Made by a program: the position numbers and the translations under genes
Assembly (NCBI RefSeq): GCF_006345805.1
Contig: NC_043012.1
Location: forward strand, 33,046,001 to 33,110,000
Direction: 5' to 3'
Source of the DNA: Octopus sinensis
Lineage: Eukaryota
DNA: 64,000 nucleotides
In this document: piece by piece, positions 25,369-35,272 of the stretch
Layout: each line of letters opens with the position of its first letter
Position numbering within the stretch: position 1 is the stretch's first letter
The notes under the pieces: generated by a model
The model's database searches: none
The model's input: only the letters and a program-made list of their open reading frames with translations
What the model was told of the DNA's origin: nothing

Positions 25369-28300
25369 TCTTTAAATACTTGTTTCAGTCATTAGACTGT
25401 GGTCATGCTGGGGCACTGCTTTGAAGAAATTCTAGTAGAATGAATTGACCCCTGTACCTTTTTTTTAAAGCCTGGTATTTATTCTATTGATGTCTTTTGC
25501 TGACCCGCTAAGTTACAGGGATGTAAACACACCAACACCAGTTGTCAGGCACTTGGGAAGACACACACATGCATTTTTTTATACACCAGGCTTCTTTCAG
25601 TTTCCATCTACCAGATCCACTCACAAAGCTTTGGTAGAAGACACTTACCTACAAAATAGATATAGGTACTACTCAGTTTTGCCAGGTGAGTGGACTGGAG
25701 CAATGTGAAATAAAGTGTCTTGCTCAAGGACATAATGCACCACTGGGTGAGCTGAATACCCCTAAAGCTATGCATTAAGCTATGCACCTTCACTTGAAAG
25801 TGACATAAGAACATATTGGTGGATTATTATCTTCTGCTAGCAGAAAGACCCCTCTCTGGCTGGTTTTATGGTATTTACACATTTGATTCCCAATTTGTGT
25901 AATTTTTCTAATATGTTACATTTAATTTATTTTTCTTTGTAGGAGTGGCTGTGTGGTAAGTAGCTTGCTTACCAACCACATGGTTCATACTTTGACATCA
26001 TTATGAGCAGAGCAGTGAAAGATTGCTTTGGTACAATGGTAGAACATCTATCATGTGCACTGGTGATGTGGGTTCCACTCCTACAGGTGTTGGCTTTTTT
26101 CTCAAAACAGCAAGCTGGCAGAATCTTTAGCACACAGAGTGAAATGCTTAGCGGTATTTTGTCTGTCTTCACATTCTGGGTTCAAATTCTACTGAGGTTG
26201 ACTTTGCCTTTCATCCTTTCAGGGTTGATAAAATAAGTACCGGTTAAATACTGGGGTCGATGTAATCAACTTACCCTCTTGCCCCAAAACTGTTGTTCTT
26301 GTGCCAAAATTTGAATTCAATATTTTAGAGCAGAAAATATGTTTTCTTCAACAGCAGAAGAATGAGTTAATGAAAGTTAGATTAATAATTAAATTAATTA
26401 GTTGAAGGCAACAGAGATTTCGGTCCCATTACTACTTTATCACTGTTCTGCATCCATTAGGCACAGAGAATTTCATATTTCATGGACTTCTGATGGCTGC
26501 ACCAGGCTTCAATCTTGATCTGGCTGTGTTTCTACAGCTGGATGCCCTTCCTAACGCCAACCACTCTGAGAGTGTAGTTGGTTCTTTTACAGGCCACCGG
26601 CACGGGGCCAGTCAGGCGGTACTGGCAACGACCACTCTTCATGAGAGAATTGTTTTTTCTATTTTGAATATATCTTCAAACCTTATTATTTGCGCTGTGT
26701 GTGTCTGTAGACAAGATACATTAATCTATTATGTTCAGCCTACCTATCTGAAATCTTTTTAGTAAAAAGTAGACTGGCAAATATAAAGGAAACAGAAAAA
26801 TGTATCTGGCAGTAAAATAATTCCTCTAATAATATTGTATGATGTTACAAGCAATCCTATAATCCCTCTCTCTCTTTCGGAGAGGCACAAGCACCTACAC
26901 GCACATATACACACACGGCAGTAACTTCCACCTACCGAATTCAATCACAAAGCTCCGGTCGGCTCGGGGCTATAGTGGAAGACACCCAACCAAAGTGCCA
27001 CGCAGTGGGACTGAACCCGAAACCATATAGCTAGGAAGCAAGCTCCCTAACCACACAGCCATGCCCGCGCCTCATTGGAACTATTTAATGATTCATTACT
27101 TAAAAACCTGTAGTTTAACCTAGTTGTGTCTCATTTCGTAACTGGATCCTTTAATTCAGTATTTTAAAATCAAAATGTTCTTTTGTTTTTTTACTCAGGT
27201 TCCTTGAAGAGTATAAACATTTCAACATCACATTCTGGGGTTTAACAGCCCAGAATGAACCCGTAGATGGCTTGATTTATAAATTCCCATTTCAAGCTAT
27301 GGGCTGGACACCTCAGCTGCAACGAGATTTCATCATCAAAGATTTAGGACCACTACTCCATAGTTATGGTTATGGTAATTTGAAGCTAATGATATTTGAC
27401 GACCAACGAACATTTCTGGTTAATTGGGTCAAAACAGTAAGTAGTTAATTAAATGACTTCTTATAGCAATTGATGTTGCTAGTTAAGGCCACACAGCTTC
27501 AACAGCTTCACTGGAGCACAAACCAATGAAGGAGACTGTAGAAATAGTAGCTAAATCTTTCTCAAATCATATCCTATTGTCTTCAGTAAAGAAGTGCACC
27601 TTTGTCAATGTCATCATCATTATCATCATTGTTTAACGTCCACTTTCCATGCTAGCATGGGTTGGACGGTTCGACCGGGGTCTGGAAAGCCAGGAGGCTG
27701 CACCAGGCTCCAGTCTGATCTGGCAGTGTTTCTACAGCTGGATGCCCTTCCTAACGCCAACCACTCCGTGAGTGTAGTGGGTGCTCTTTACGTACCAGGT
27801 TAGCCTGGCAATGGCCACGATCGGTTGGTACTTTTTACGTGCCACCGGCACGGAGGCCAGTCCGGGTGGCGCTGGCAACAGCCACGTTCGGATGGTTCTT
27901 TTACGTGCCACTGGCACTGGTATCACAACTACAATTTCCATTGATTTTTGAGTGATTTTGATTTCAATTCCGATTTCACTTTCCTCAGCAAGTGTGTATA
28001 TTTTAATATTTACGCCAGTCTACAAAATGGTGATGCTGTTTATGTTGTGAATGTTTATGTCCAGTAATTTTGTGATCTGATAAATAGTGAAACTGAAATA
28101 AATACTGGGGGTTGATTTGATGAACTAAAACCCTTGATAACGATGTAAACAGTTGACAATATTTTTATATTTCTTGCAATGAGAAAATTTTTAAATGCCT
28201 TAACCCTTTCGTTACTGTATTTCTGTTGAGATACTCTGTGTTTCTTTCAATTATTTCAAATATAACAAAGAATTTAGTAAAATAACTTAGTTATCATTCA

Positions 28301-31300
28301 GCTGGTGTTAGGAACAAAAGTTGTGACCAAGGTTTGGTGGAAGATTTTAATTCAAAACTTCTGAAAACAAGACATTTGTACTCATAGCCAGAGCTGGTTT
28401 CAGCTGGGTTGGTAACGAAAGGGTCAACTCATTTTACTTCTCTTCTAAATCCATGGCATGTGGCTTCAGTAAAAAAATTTATGTCTTTTGTATTTTTTTC
28501 TTCAAGGTTTTAAATAACACCTTAGCCAGAACATTTGTGTCTGGCATCGGAGTACATTGGTATGAAGATATTGACCTGACATTGTCATTTCTAGACAAGA
28601 CACACGAACTGTTCCCTAATCATTTCATTTTGGGAACTGAAGCTTGTGCTGCGTCTTATCCATGGGAGCAGCCCAAAGTGGCTCTTGGAAGTTGGAAGCG
28701 AGCCGAAAGTTACAGCAAAGACATCATCCAGGTTATTTTCTTTTCTTTTATTTACTGTCTGAGTTGTGAAGGTCCAATATTGATTTTTCTTCTCTAGATG
28801 TCAGCTGTTATTTTATGAATTATTAGAAGGAGAACAGCTTACCTGCAATCTGCTGCAGTTTTTTTACTACCTATTTCTCTCCTCCATTTCACAGTTTAAT
28901 GTAATCTTTCTTAATTTGCTACACACAAGAACTAACTAATTCTGTTGTTGCTGTTTATCTGGTTATTTCTGGCATGGTTTTATAACTGGATGCCCTTTAT
29001 ATCGCCAACCTCTTTACAGTATGTTTTAGGATGCATTTATTGTTCCAGCTGCACTGGAGACATGTCTTTCACAAGACTAAGTCTCCTCAACTTTATATAG
29101 TCCCTGTTTCTCCCTCTCTGTTTTGGTGTGTGTAATATTGTCTTATATATGGGAGGGAGAGGCCTTAGAGTCATAGCTTGGAAGTTAAAGGAACAGACGT
29201 TTAGACACCTATGAAGTGGGTATCATGATAGCTACTTGTTTATACTGACAGGATGAGTTTTGGGAGACAAGGGGCTAATATACATATAGCAGCTGTGTCT
29301 ATATCAGTGGAAAAGTCAGTTGGTACAGAAAACTGGAAATGGAAGCAAGAATTGACAAACGGGTAAGGGTTGGTGACAGGAAGGGCATCCAGCTGTAAAA
29401 CAATGCTTCACTTATATATTTGTCTAATTCATATTAGCATGGAAAGACATGTAAAAACAAAAGTACATATGTCTTCGTTCCTTCCTTTCTTTCATTGATG
29501 AATGTATTCCATAAAAGAGGTTATCGTTAGCACAAATTGTGACATCAATTAAATCAATGAATTATATACCAAAGTTGAATAGTTTTACCGTCCTTCTACA
29601 AAATCTTTCATGAACACACACACACCTATGCCGAAGATAAAGATCAATAAAATCTTTAATAGAGAACAAGTTTATGAAAATCCCTAAACATAATCAGCAA
29701 CACTTCACTTAAGCTTTTCTCTTTCTTTCATATTGTACTCACTTCATAAGAATCTTGACTTTGCTTTTGAAATTCATATGAAAATTATCCTGCACCATCT
29801 GTTAGCAGAATTCTTAAGTTAGAAGTGACAGGTGTTTCTCAAGTTGGGTTTCCCAGAAGCCATTGCCAGACCAGTTACGTCTATGTTGTTATCATCTTTA
29901 GTTTATACTAAGTTTGAGTCAAAACAGTGAGTGAGAAGTATGAATGTTGAAGAGCAAGAGGCAAGTCTAGGCAAGCTGGGATAAGGATGTAGTTTACAGT
30001 ATTTAGACAAAGCAATTTCACTTCACCTTACACTGCTAAAACCCTCAGAAAGGTCATAAACATCACCCTTCTCTAAAATTACAAGGCCTTATGTGAGGGG
30101 CGTAAGAAGTCATTATTAAGTTTTCATGTTCGTTCTTCATGCTGGCATGGGTTGGACAGTTTGAAAGGAGTTGGCCCACTGAAGGGCTAATTGAGCTCCA
30201 TTTGTCATGGTTTCTATGGATGGAAGCCCTTCCTAATGCCGACCTCTTTATGGTGTGTACTGGGCACTTTTATCTTGCATTGGCTTGGACATTTTCATGA
30301 ACATTTATATGTGGCACTGGCATGGGTGCTTTTACACGGCATGGGCCCAGGTGCTTTTGTGTGGCACCAGCATGGGTACCAGTGCTTTTACGTAGCACAG
30401 GCATGGGCACTGTTGTGTGACACTGGCATGGGCACCTTTACTTGGTACCAGCACCCATGAGCCCACAAGTTTAGGCTCTCTTGGCTGAGAGAGGGATGGA
30501 GAGGACATGTCTGTATGCATGGGCAGCCATGATTTTACATAGATTGGTATGTCTTCTCAAGCACCGAAAGCCACCAGAAGTCTCAGTCTTTTATATTAAA
30601 GGTGATTAACTGGAGTTGAACTATCTTTTTTTCAGTAGTAAATATTGCATTTACTCACATTAATTAATATGATGTATGATTTGTAACCATTTCATTTTTT
30701 TAACAACAGGATTTGAATCACTGGGTGACAGGTTGGACAGACTGGAATATGGCTCTTGATCTTGAAGGTGGTCCAAATTGGGCCAAGAATTTTGTTGACA
30801 GTGCTATTATTGTTAATAAAACAGCTGGGGAGTTCTACAAACAGCCCATGTACTATATAATGGCACATTTCAGGTAAACTTTGAAGTACAATAGTTTTGA
30901 TATTCATATATTTTAAATACAAAAAAAAAATGAGAATACCCTGTAAATCTCTACAGGTTTTTTTCTGATGACTTTGTGTTCATGTAGTTTTGTTAGCCTT
31001 TTAGCATTGAAACTGGCCATATCTGGCACAAATATTCTACCTTGTTATAAGTTCAAACCTTCTAGATTTGGCCTCTCACACTTACCCTAGGGTGTTATTC
31101 TAAAAGTAAATAACTACATCATTTGAACTCTTGAAGCTACGAAATAATTCAAAACAATGAAAATAAATAAGTATTACATTTGACAGAGTAATCTGATTAC
31201 GAAAGGGTTAAAACCGTTGTAGTTTTTGATTATGGTGATCACTGTTTGCCGAGTTTTGGTCACTTCATTTGTCAGCTCAAACTCTATAAGATTGTCCTTC

Positions 31301-34300
31301 ATGCTCTGAAGTTGGTAAAGAGTACCTGTAATTCTAACTTCTCCCAAGATATTGTATCAGGTTGAGTGAAAAGTAAGCAACGTTTTGAACCATGAAGAAT
31401 TTGTACCAGAGTTTTGAATTTTTTAAAAAACATTTTGTTTTTTGCAATTGTCTGGTAAAACAGACATAGACTTGCCCAAATGCATCAAATAAATTAACAT
31501 TGATATTTTTTTCACTGTTGTTACAGTCATCTGAAATGGAACTGTCAAAGCGCAATATTAGAGCAATTTTGCTATTCAACTTCAAAAAAGGACGTAAAGC
31601 AGCTGAAACTTCTCGCGATATCAATGAAACATTTGATGAGGAAATGACCAGTGAGTGGTCAGCTCGAAAATGGTTTAAACAATTTCGCAGTGGAGACCTT
31701 AGCCTTGAAGATTGTGAGCGTCCATCTGTCATCAATGACAGTCAATTAAAGATCCACATTAAACCACTTGTAAACTGGCAAAAGAACTTCAAGTTAGCCA
31801 GAAAACTGCCTGCAACCATTTGCATGCAATTGGAAAATCAAAAAAGCTCGACAAATGGGTACCACACGATTTGAATGAAAATCAGAAAATGCGCAGATAT
31901 GAAATTTGCTTGTTGCTTCTTCTCTGTAACCAGACCAATCCATTTCTTGACCATATTGTAACTTGTGATGAAAAGTAGATTCTGTGTAATAATAAAAACG
32001 TTCTTCGCAGTAGTTGGACCAAAATGAAGCACTGGAAACCTTCCCTAAACCTGACCTCTTTGAAAAGAAGGTTATGGTGACTGTTTGGCGGTGTATTGCT
32101 GGACTCATCCACTGTAACTTCTTACAACCTGGAGAAACCATTACTGCAGAAACATATTGCCAAAATGAATGAAAAATTTCTACTCCTCCATCCCAAATTG
32201 GTCAACAGAAGAGGGCCAATCATTCTTCATGACATTGCTCGATCACACGTTTCACTAATGACGCTCCAGAAGTTGAGGGAACTTGGTTGCAAAGTTCTTT
32301 CCCACCCAGCTTATTCCTCAAACCTTTCTCATACCAACTACCACCTTTTCAAGCACCTTGATTGTTTCCTGCAAGAGAAGGAGCTCAAAATCAAACCGAT
32401 GCTGAAAGTGCGTTCAAGCTCCAGAACTCCAGATTTTTATGTTACTGGAATAAACAAACTTCGTTGGCAAAAATGTGTTGGTTGTAAAGGTACTTGCTTG
32501 GATGAATGAAATCCCCGCATTGCTGAAATATATGGTGATGAATTTCATGTTTCAAAACGTTGCTTACTTCTTACTCAGCCTGATACCTAAGTGAACTGAA
32601 AATGCATTTATTATTCGTGATGTTCGGTTTGATGGAGTGGTTAGAAAAATGCCTTGTTCTATTTAATCAAATACCTTTACATTCTTAGTTGAACTTCCAC
32701 TAATATCAACTTTGTCTTTCATCCATATGGGGTTGTAAGGAATCTATCCAAAAATTGTTCTCTTCAACTTTATATATTTTTCTGCCTTTTTAACCTTTCT
32801 TTAAAATTTTAGGGTGGATAAATAAGTACCATTTTTCTTTTCTTGGTGCAAATATTCAGCTTAGAAGTAAAGTAATGGAGTGTGATAATGGTATTTTCTC
32901 CTTTATTAGTAATGTTAGTTATTAAGATTGGTGGATTGGCAGTATTTGTCCTACTCTCTAATATCTTTTAGGGGTTAATAAAATAAAGTACCACCCTAGT
33001 ATTGAGTCGGTGGAGGCACATGACCTAGTGGTTAGAGCAGCGGACTCACGGGTTCGAATCTCAGACTGGGCGACGTGTGTGTTTATGAGCAAAACACCTA
33101 AGCTCCATGCAGGTCCGGCAGAGGGTAATGGCGAACTTCTGCTGACTCTTTCGCCATAACTTTCTCTCAATCTTTCCTCCTGCATCTTGCGGCTCATCTG
33201 CGATGGACTGGCGTCCCGTCCAGGTGGGGAACCTATATGCCAAGGAAACCGGCCCTTATGAGCCAGGCATGGCTCGAGAAGGAACAAACAACATTATTGA
33301 GTCAGACCAACCTTTTCCTTAAACCTGTTACTAACAGTGTGTAACAAAATTTTTATTGTTTTTTTCATTGGTCAGTAAGTGTTATTTCCTATTTGCGTCT
33401 ATCTAGAAATGACTAGTATTCCCTTCAAATTTTGCTTTTGTGAGCTGAACACCAATGTTTTGAAGTTGACTTATTTTCTATTACATTTCAGACAGATTCA
33501 GCACAGAGTTGCTGAAGCAGAAATACCATTATAGCAAATATTCTGCTCAATACCATTAGATTTGCTGGTCAGTTTATTGACCTTAACCACTTGAGCATGT
33601 CCCTTAACGGTTGACATTATGTGCTTCTCTGATCACAAGCAGGAGTAGTGGGGGAGCATCATAGCCATGTATTGAGAGGGATTCTTTGGGGTTTGATATA
33701 AATGTAACAAAAGCACAGTTTGAAGGAAATGTTAGACATTTTTTGTACGTTCTAAGGACAAGCAAATAGGAAATAACAGTTGCTACCCAAGTACAAAAAT
33801 TGTGTTACACAATTTTGCTTTTGACTTGAACTTAAAATTTATATTTTGTTTTTTTCTTTAAAACAGTAAATATATTTTACCTGACTCTGTAAGAATTGAA
33901 ATCACAAACATACCAAAATTTTTAGATGTAGTTGGTTTTCTCCGTCCCGACAAAGCTACAGTTGTCGTCATTGTCAATCGGTAAGTCTAAGATTTACTTT
34001 TATTTCTTTATTATTAAGATTTTACTTATATTTTCTTGACAAGCACATACACAAACCATTTCTTCAATAAATAATACTTAACCCTTTTGATACCAACCCG
34101 GCTAAAACCGGCTCTGGCTCTGTTGTACAAATATCTTGTTTTCATAAGTTTTGAATTAAAATCTTCCACCAAACCTTAGTCACAATTTGTTCCTAACACT
34201 AGCTGAATGATAACTAAGTTATTTTACTAAATTCTTTGTTATATTGAAAGTAACTAAATTCTTTATTATATTGAAAGTAAAGGCAGAGGGGCTCTTAAAA

Positions 34301-35272
34301 GATAACATTCTTTACCATGGAGTGGTAGCTGTTAGGAAGGGCATCCAGCTGTAGAAACACTGCCAGATCGGACTGGAGCCTGGTGCAGCCTCTTGTCGAA
34401 CCGTCCAACCCATGCTAGCATGGAAAACGGATGTTAAACGATGATATCATCTGACACAGCATATATCTAGTATGTTGCACCCAAGAATCCAATGTACATA
34501 CACCACTTTGGCTTTCTCTACCAGAAAGTCTCTTTACTGTGAAGCATGTTTTTTTGTTTTGTCTTAGATGATACATCCATTGTCTTGGATGTTGTTGACA
34601 TCTTGCATTTGTAAAATTGTTGGCCATTCTGCAGGAGACAACACACTTTCAGTTGAGTGAACTGGAGCAATATGAAATGAAATACCTTGCTGAAGAACAT
34701 AATGTACTACCTATACTAGGAATCGAACCCAAGACCATGCAGTCATGAGTCCAAAAGCCTTGCCCCACTTACCAAATGCCTGCTGGTCTTCACAATACAG
34801 ATTACAGGCTTCAAGACCTAAATCTCATGATACTGGTTGTAATTAGAACATTCACTGATTAATCAACAATATACTAAATGGACACATACACCTTGGAAGC
34901 TTTTATGAAGGGGTGCTGAAAAGTTCCTGGCTTTAAGGGTATTACAGGAGGCCCAACTTTCTGAGTTCTTTTACAGGGCTTAGAAAAACTGAAGGACCAT
35001 GGCAATAAGTGTGTGAATTTGAGATGGGAATATGTTGAATAAAATCATAACTGATCCACTTTTACCCAAAGCCAGGACCTTTTCAGCAGCCCTGACCCTG
35101 TATGTTATTTAATGAATATCTATGGATTCTGTTTATTAATATCAATATTTCATTTTTCTTCTTCAGACAAGATCAAAGTGTTAAATATACAATACGTGAC
35201 CCACACCTAGGACAAATTGTAGGTAATGCCGATCAACATTCAATCCAGACATTAATTTGGTGGAACAAATGA
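14726..35272 (+). CDS. GBA1: Lysosomal acid glucosylceramidase (glucocerebrosidase, GH30); spliced, signal-peptide exon(s) upstream not located
   Basis: Nine AG/GT-bounded, phase-consistent exons: 14726-14911, 18233-18388, 22014-22147, 25071-25243, 27199-27436, 28507-28731, 30710-30873, 33867-33980, 35167-35272. Motifs [45 protein letters not shown] (acid/base), HWY, TEAC (nucleophile), GWTDWN, FYKQPM. Confidence 0.95.
15149..16021. repeat. Local direct + inverted duplication
   Basis: Direct repeat ~15149-15299 / 15605-15755; inverted repeat ~15254-15515 / 15759-16021. Confidence 0.85.
16593..17816 (+). mobile_element. Penelope-like retroelement relic (GIY-YIG endonuclease C-terminus) with inverted pseudo-LTRs
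   Basis: Decayed frame ...[32 protein letters not shown]...KHLIRC...[13 protein letters not shown] (~17390-17640). 16593-16950 is an imperfect reverse complement of 17523-17816 and reads [18 protein letters not shown] on the - strand. Confidence 0.7.
18233..18388 (+). CDS. GBA1: GBA exon (..[20 protein letters not shown]...LLQSYFSPL)
   Basis: attag| and |gtgag; phase 1-1. Confidence 0.9.
20881..21804 (-). mobile_element. Degenerate Tc1/mariner (DD37D/maT-like) transposon
   Basis: - strand remnants [51 protein letters not shown]; terminus TA|CAGGGTGTTTG at 21806-21794. Confidence 0.7.
21579..21777. repeat. 44-bp minisatellite (~4.5 units) built from GATG(C/T)A(n) subunits
   Basis: GATGTAGACG recurs at 21589, 21633, 21677, 21721. 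Confidence 0.9.
22014..22147 (+). CDS. GBA1: GBA exon ([25 protein letters not shown]...EEDLNYK)
   Basis: ccag| and |gtaaat; 134 bp. Confidence 0.93.
22424..22786 (-). mobile_element. tRNA-derived SINE family D
   Basis: Reverse complement of 11668-12045, with a short deletion in the head. Confidence 0.75.
23541..23843. mobile_element. Fold-back insertion (inverted copies of an interspersed repeat) with 13-bp flanking direct repeat
   Basis: Arms ~23537-23654 and 23669-23782; AACTCTGTACTAT at 23528-23540 and 23844-23856; single-arm copies at ~39355-39470 and ~59925-60095. Confidence 0.7.
25071..25243 (+). CDS. GBA1: GBA exon (IPLIKKAQ...[12 protein letters not shown]...WALYFVK)
   Basis: poly-T tag| and |gtagg; 173 bp. 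Confidence 0.93.
27199..27436 (+). CDS. GBA1: GBA exon (FLEEYK...AQNEPVDG...DDQR...WVKT)
   Basis: ctcag| and |gtaagt; 238 bp; contains catalytic acid/base NEP. Confidence 0.94.
28204..28423. mobile_element. piggyBac-type (TTAA) MITE
   Basis: TTAA|CCCTTTCGTTAC...GTAACGAAAGGG|TCAA; copies at 43190-43410, 34082-34280 (truncated, inverted), ~49395-49600, ~53368-53828. Confidence 0.75.
28507..28731 (+). CDS. GBA1: GBA exon (VLNN...VHWYED...GTEAC...KDIIQ)
   Basis: tcaag| and |gttatt; 225 bp; contains nucleophile TEAC. Confidence 0.94.
30710..30873 (+). CDS. GBA1: GBA exon ([31 protein letters not shown]...[13 protein letters not shown])
   Basis: aacag| and |gtaaac; 164 bp. Confidence 0.94.
30992..31211. 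mobile_element. Second TTAA/CCCTT-type MITE family
   Basis: Ends resemble TTA(A/G)CCTTTTAGCATT ... GAAAGGGTTAA; related copies ~42017-42241, ~47531-47905, ~50508-50690. Confidence 0.6.
31356..32583 (+). mobile_element. Mariner transposon, full length but inactivated
   Basis: TA|TCAGGTTGAGTGAAAAGTAAGCAACGTTTTGAA and TTCAAAACGTTGCTTACTTCTTACTCAGCCTGA|TA terminal inverted repeats; 1228 bp. Confidence 0.92.
31536..32509 (+). pseudogene. Mariner transposase pseudogene (frameshifts, stops)
   Basis: [19 protein letters not shown]...[51 protein letters not shown] spread over different frames. Confidence 0.9.
33011..33292 (+). mobile_element. SINE with family-D tRNA head and a different (V-domain-like) 3' module
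   Basis: Head GGAGGCACATGACCTAGTGGTTAGAGCAGCGGACTC, then GATGGACTGGCGTCCCGTCCAGGTG...GGAAACCGG. Confidence 0.65.
33867..33980 (+). CDS. GBA1: GBA exon ([11 protein letters not shown]...[13 protein letters not shown])
   Basis: aacag| and |gtaagt; 114 bp. Confidence 0.92.
34906..35095. mobile_element. Mariner-derived MITE
   Basis: TIR-like GGGGTGCTGAAAAGTTCCTGGCTTT ... AAAGCCAGGACCTTTTCAGCAGCCC. Confidence 0.65.
35167..35272 (+). CDS. GBA1: GBA last coding exon ([12 protein letters not shown]...[11 protein letters not shown])
   Basis: ttcag|; TGA at 35270-35272. Confidence 0.92.
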
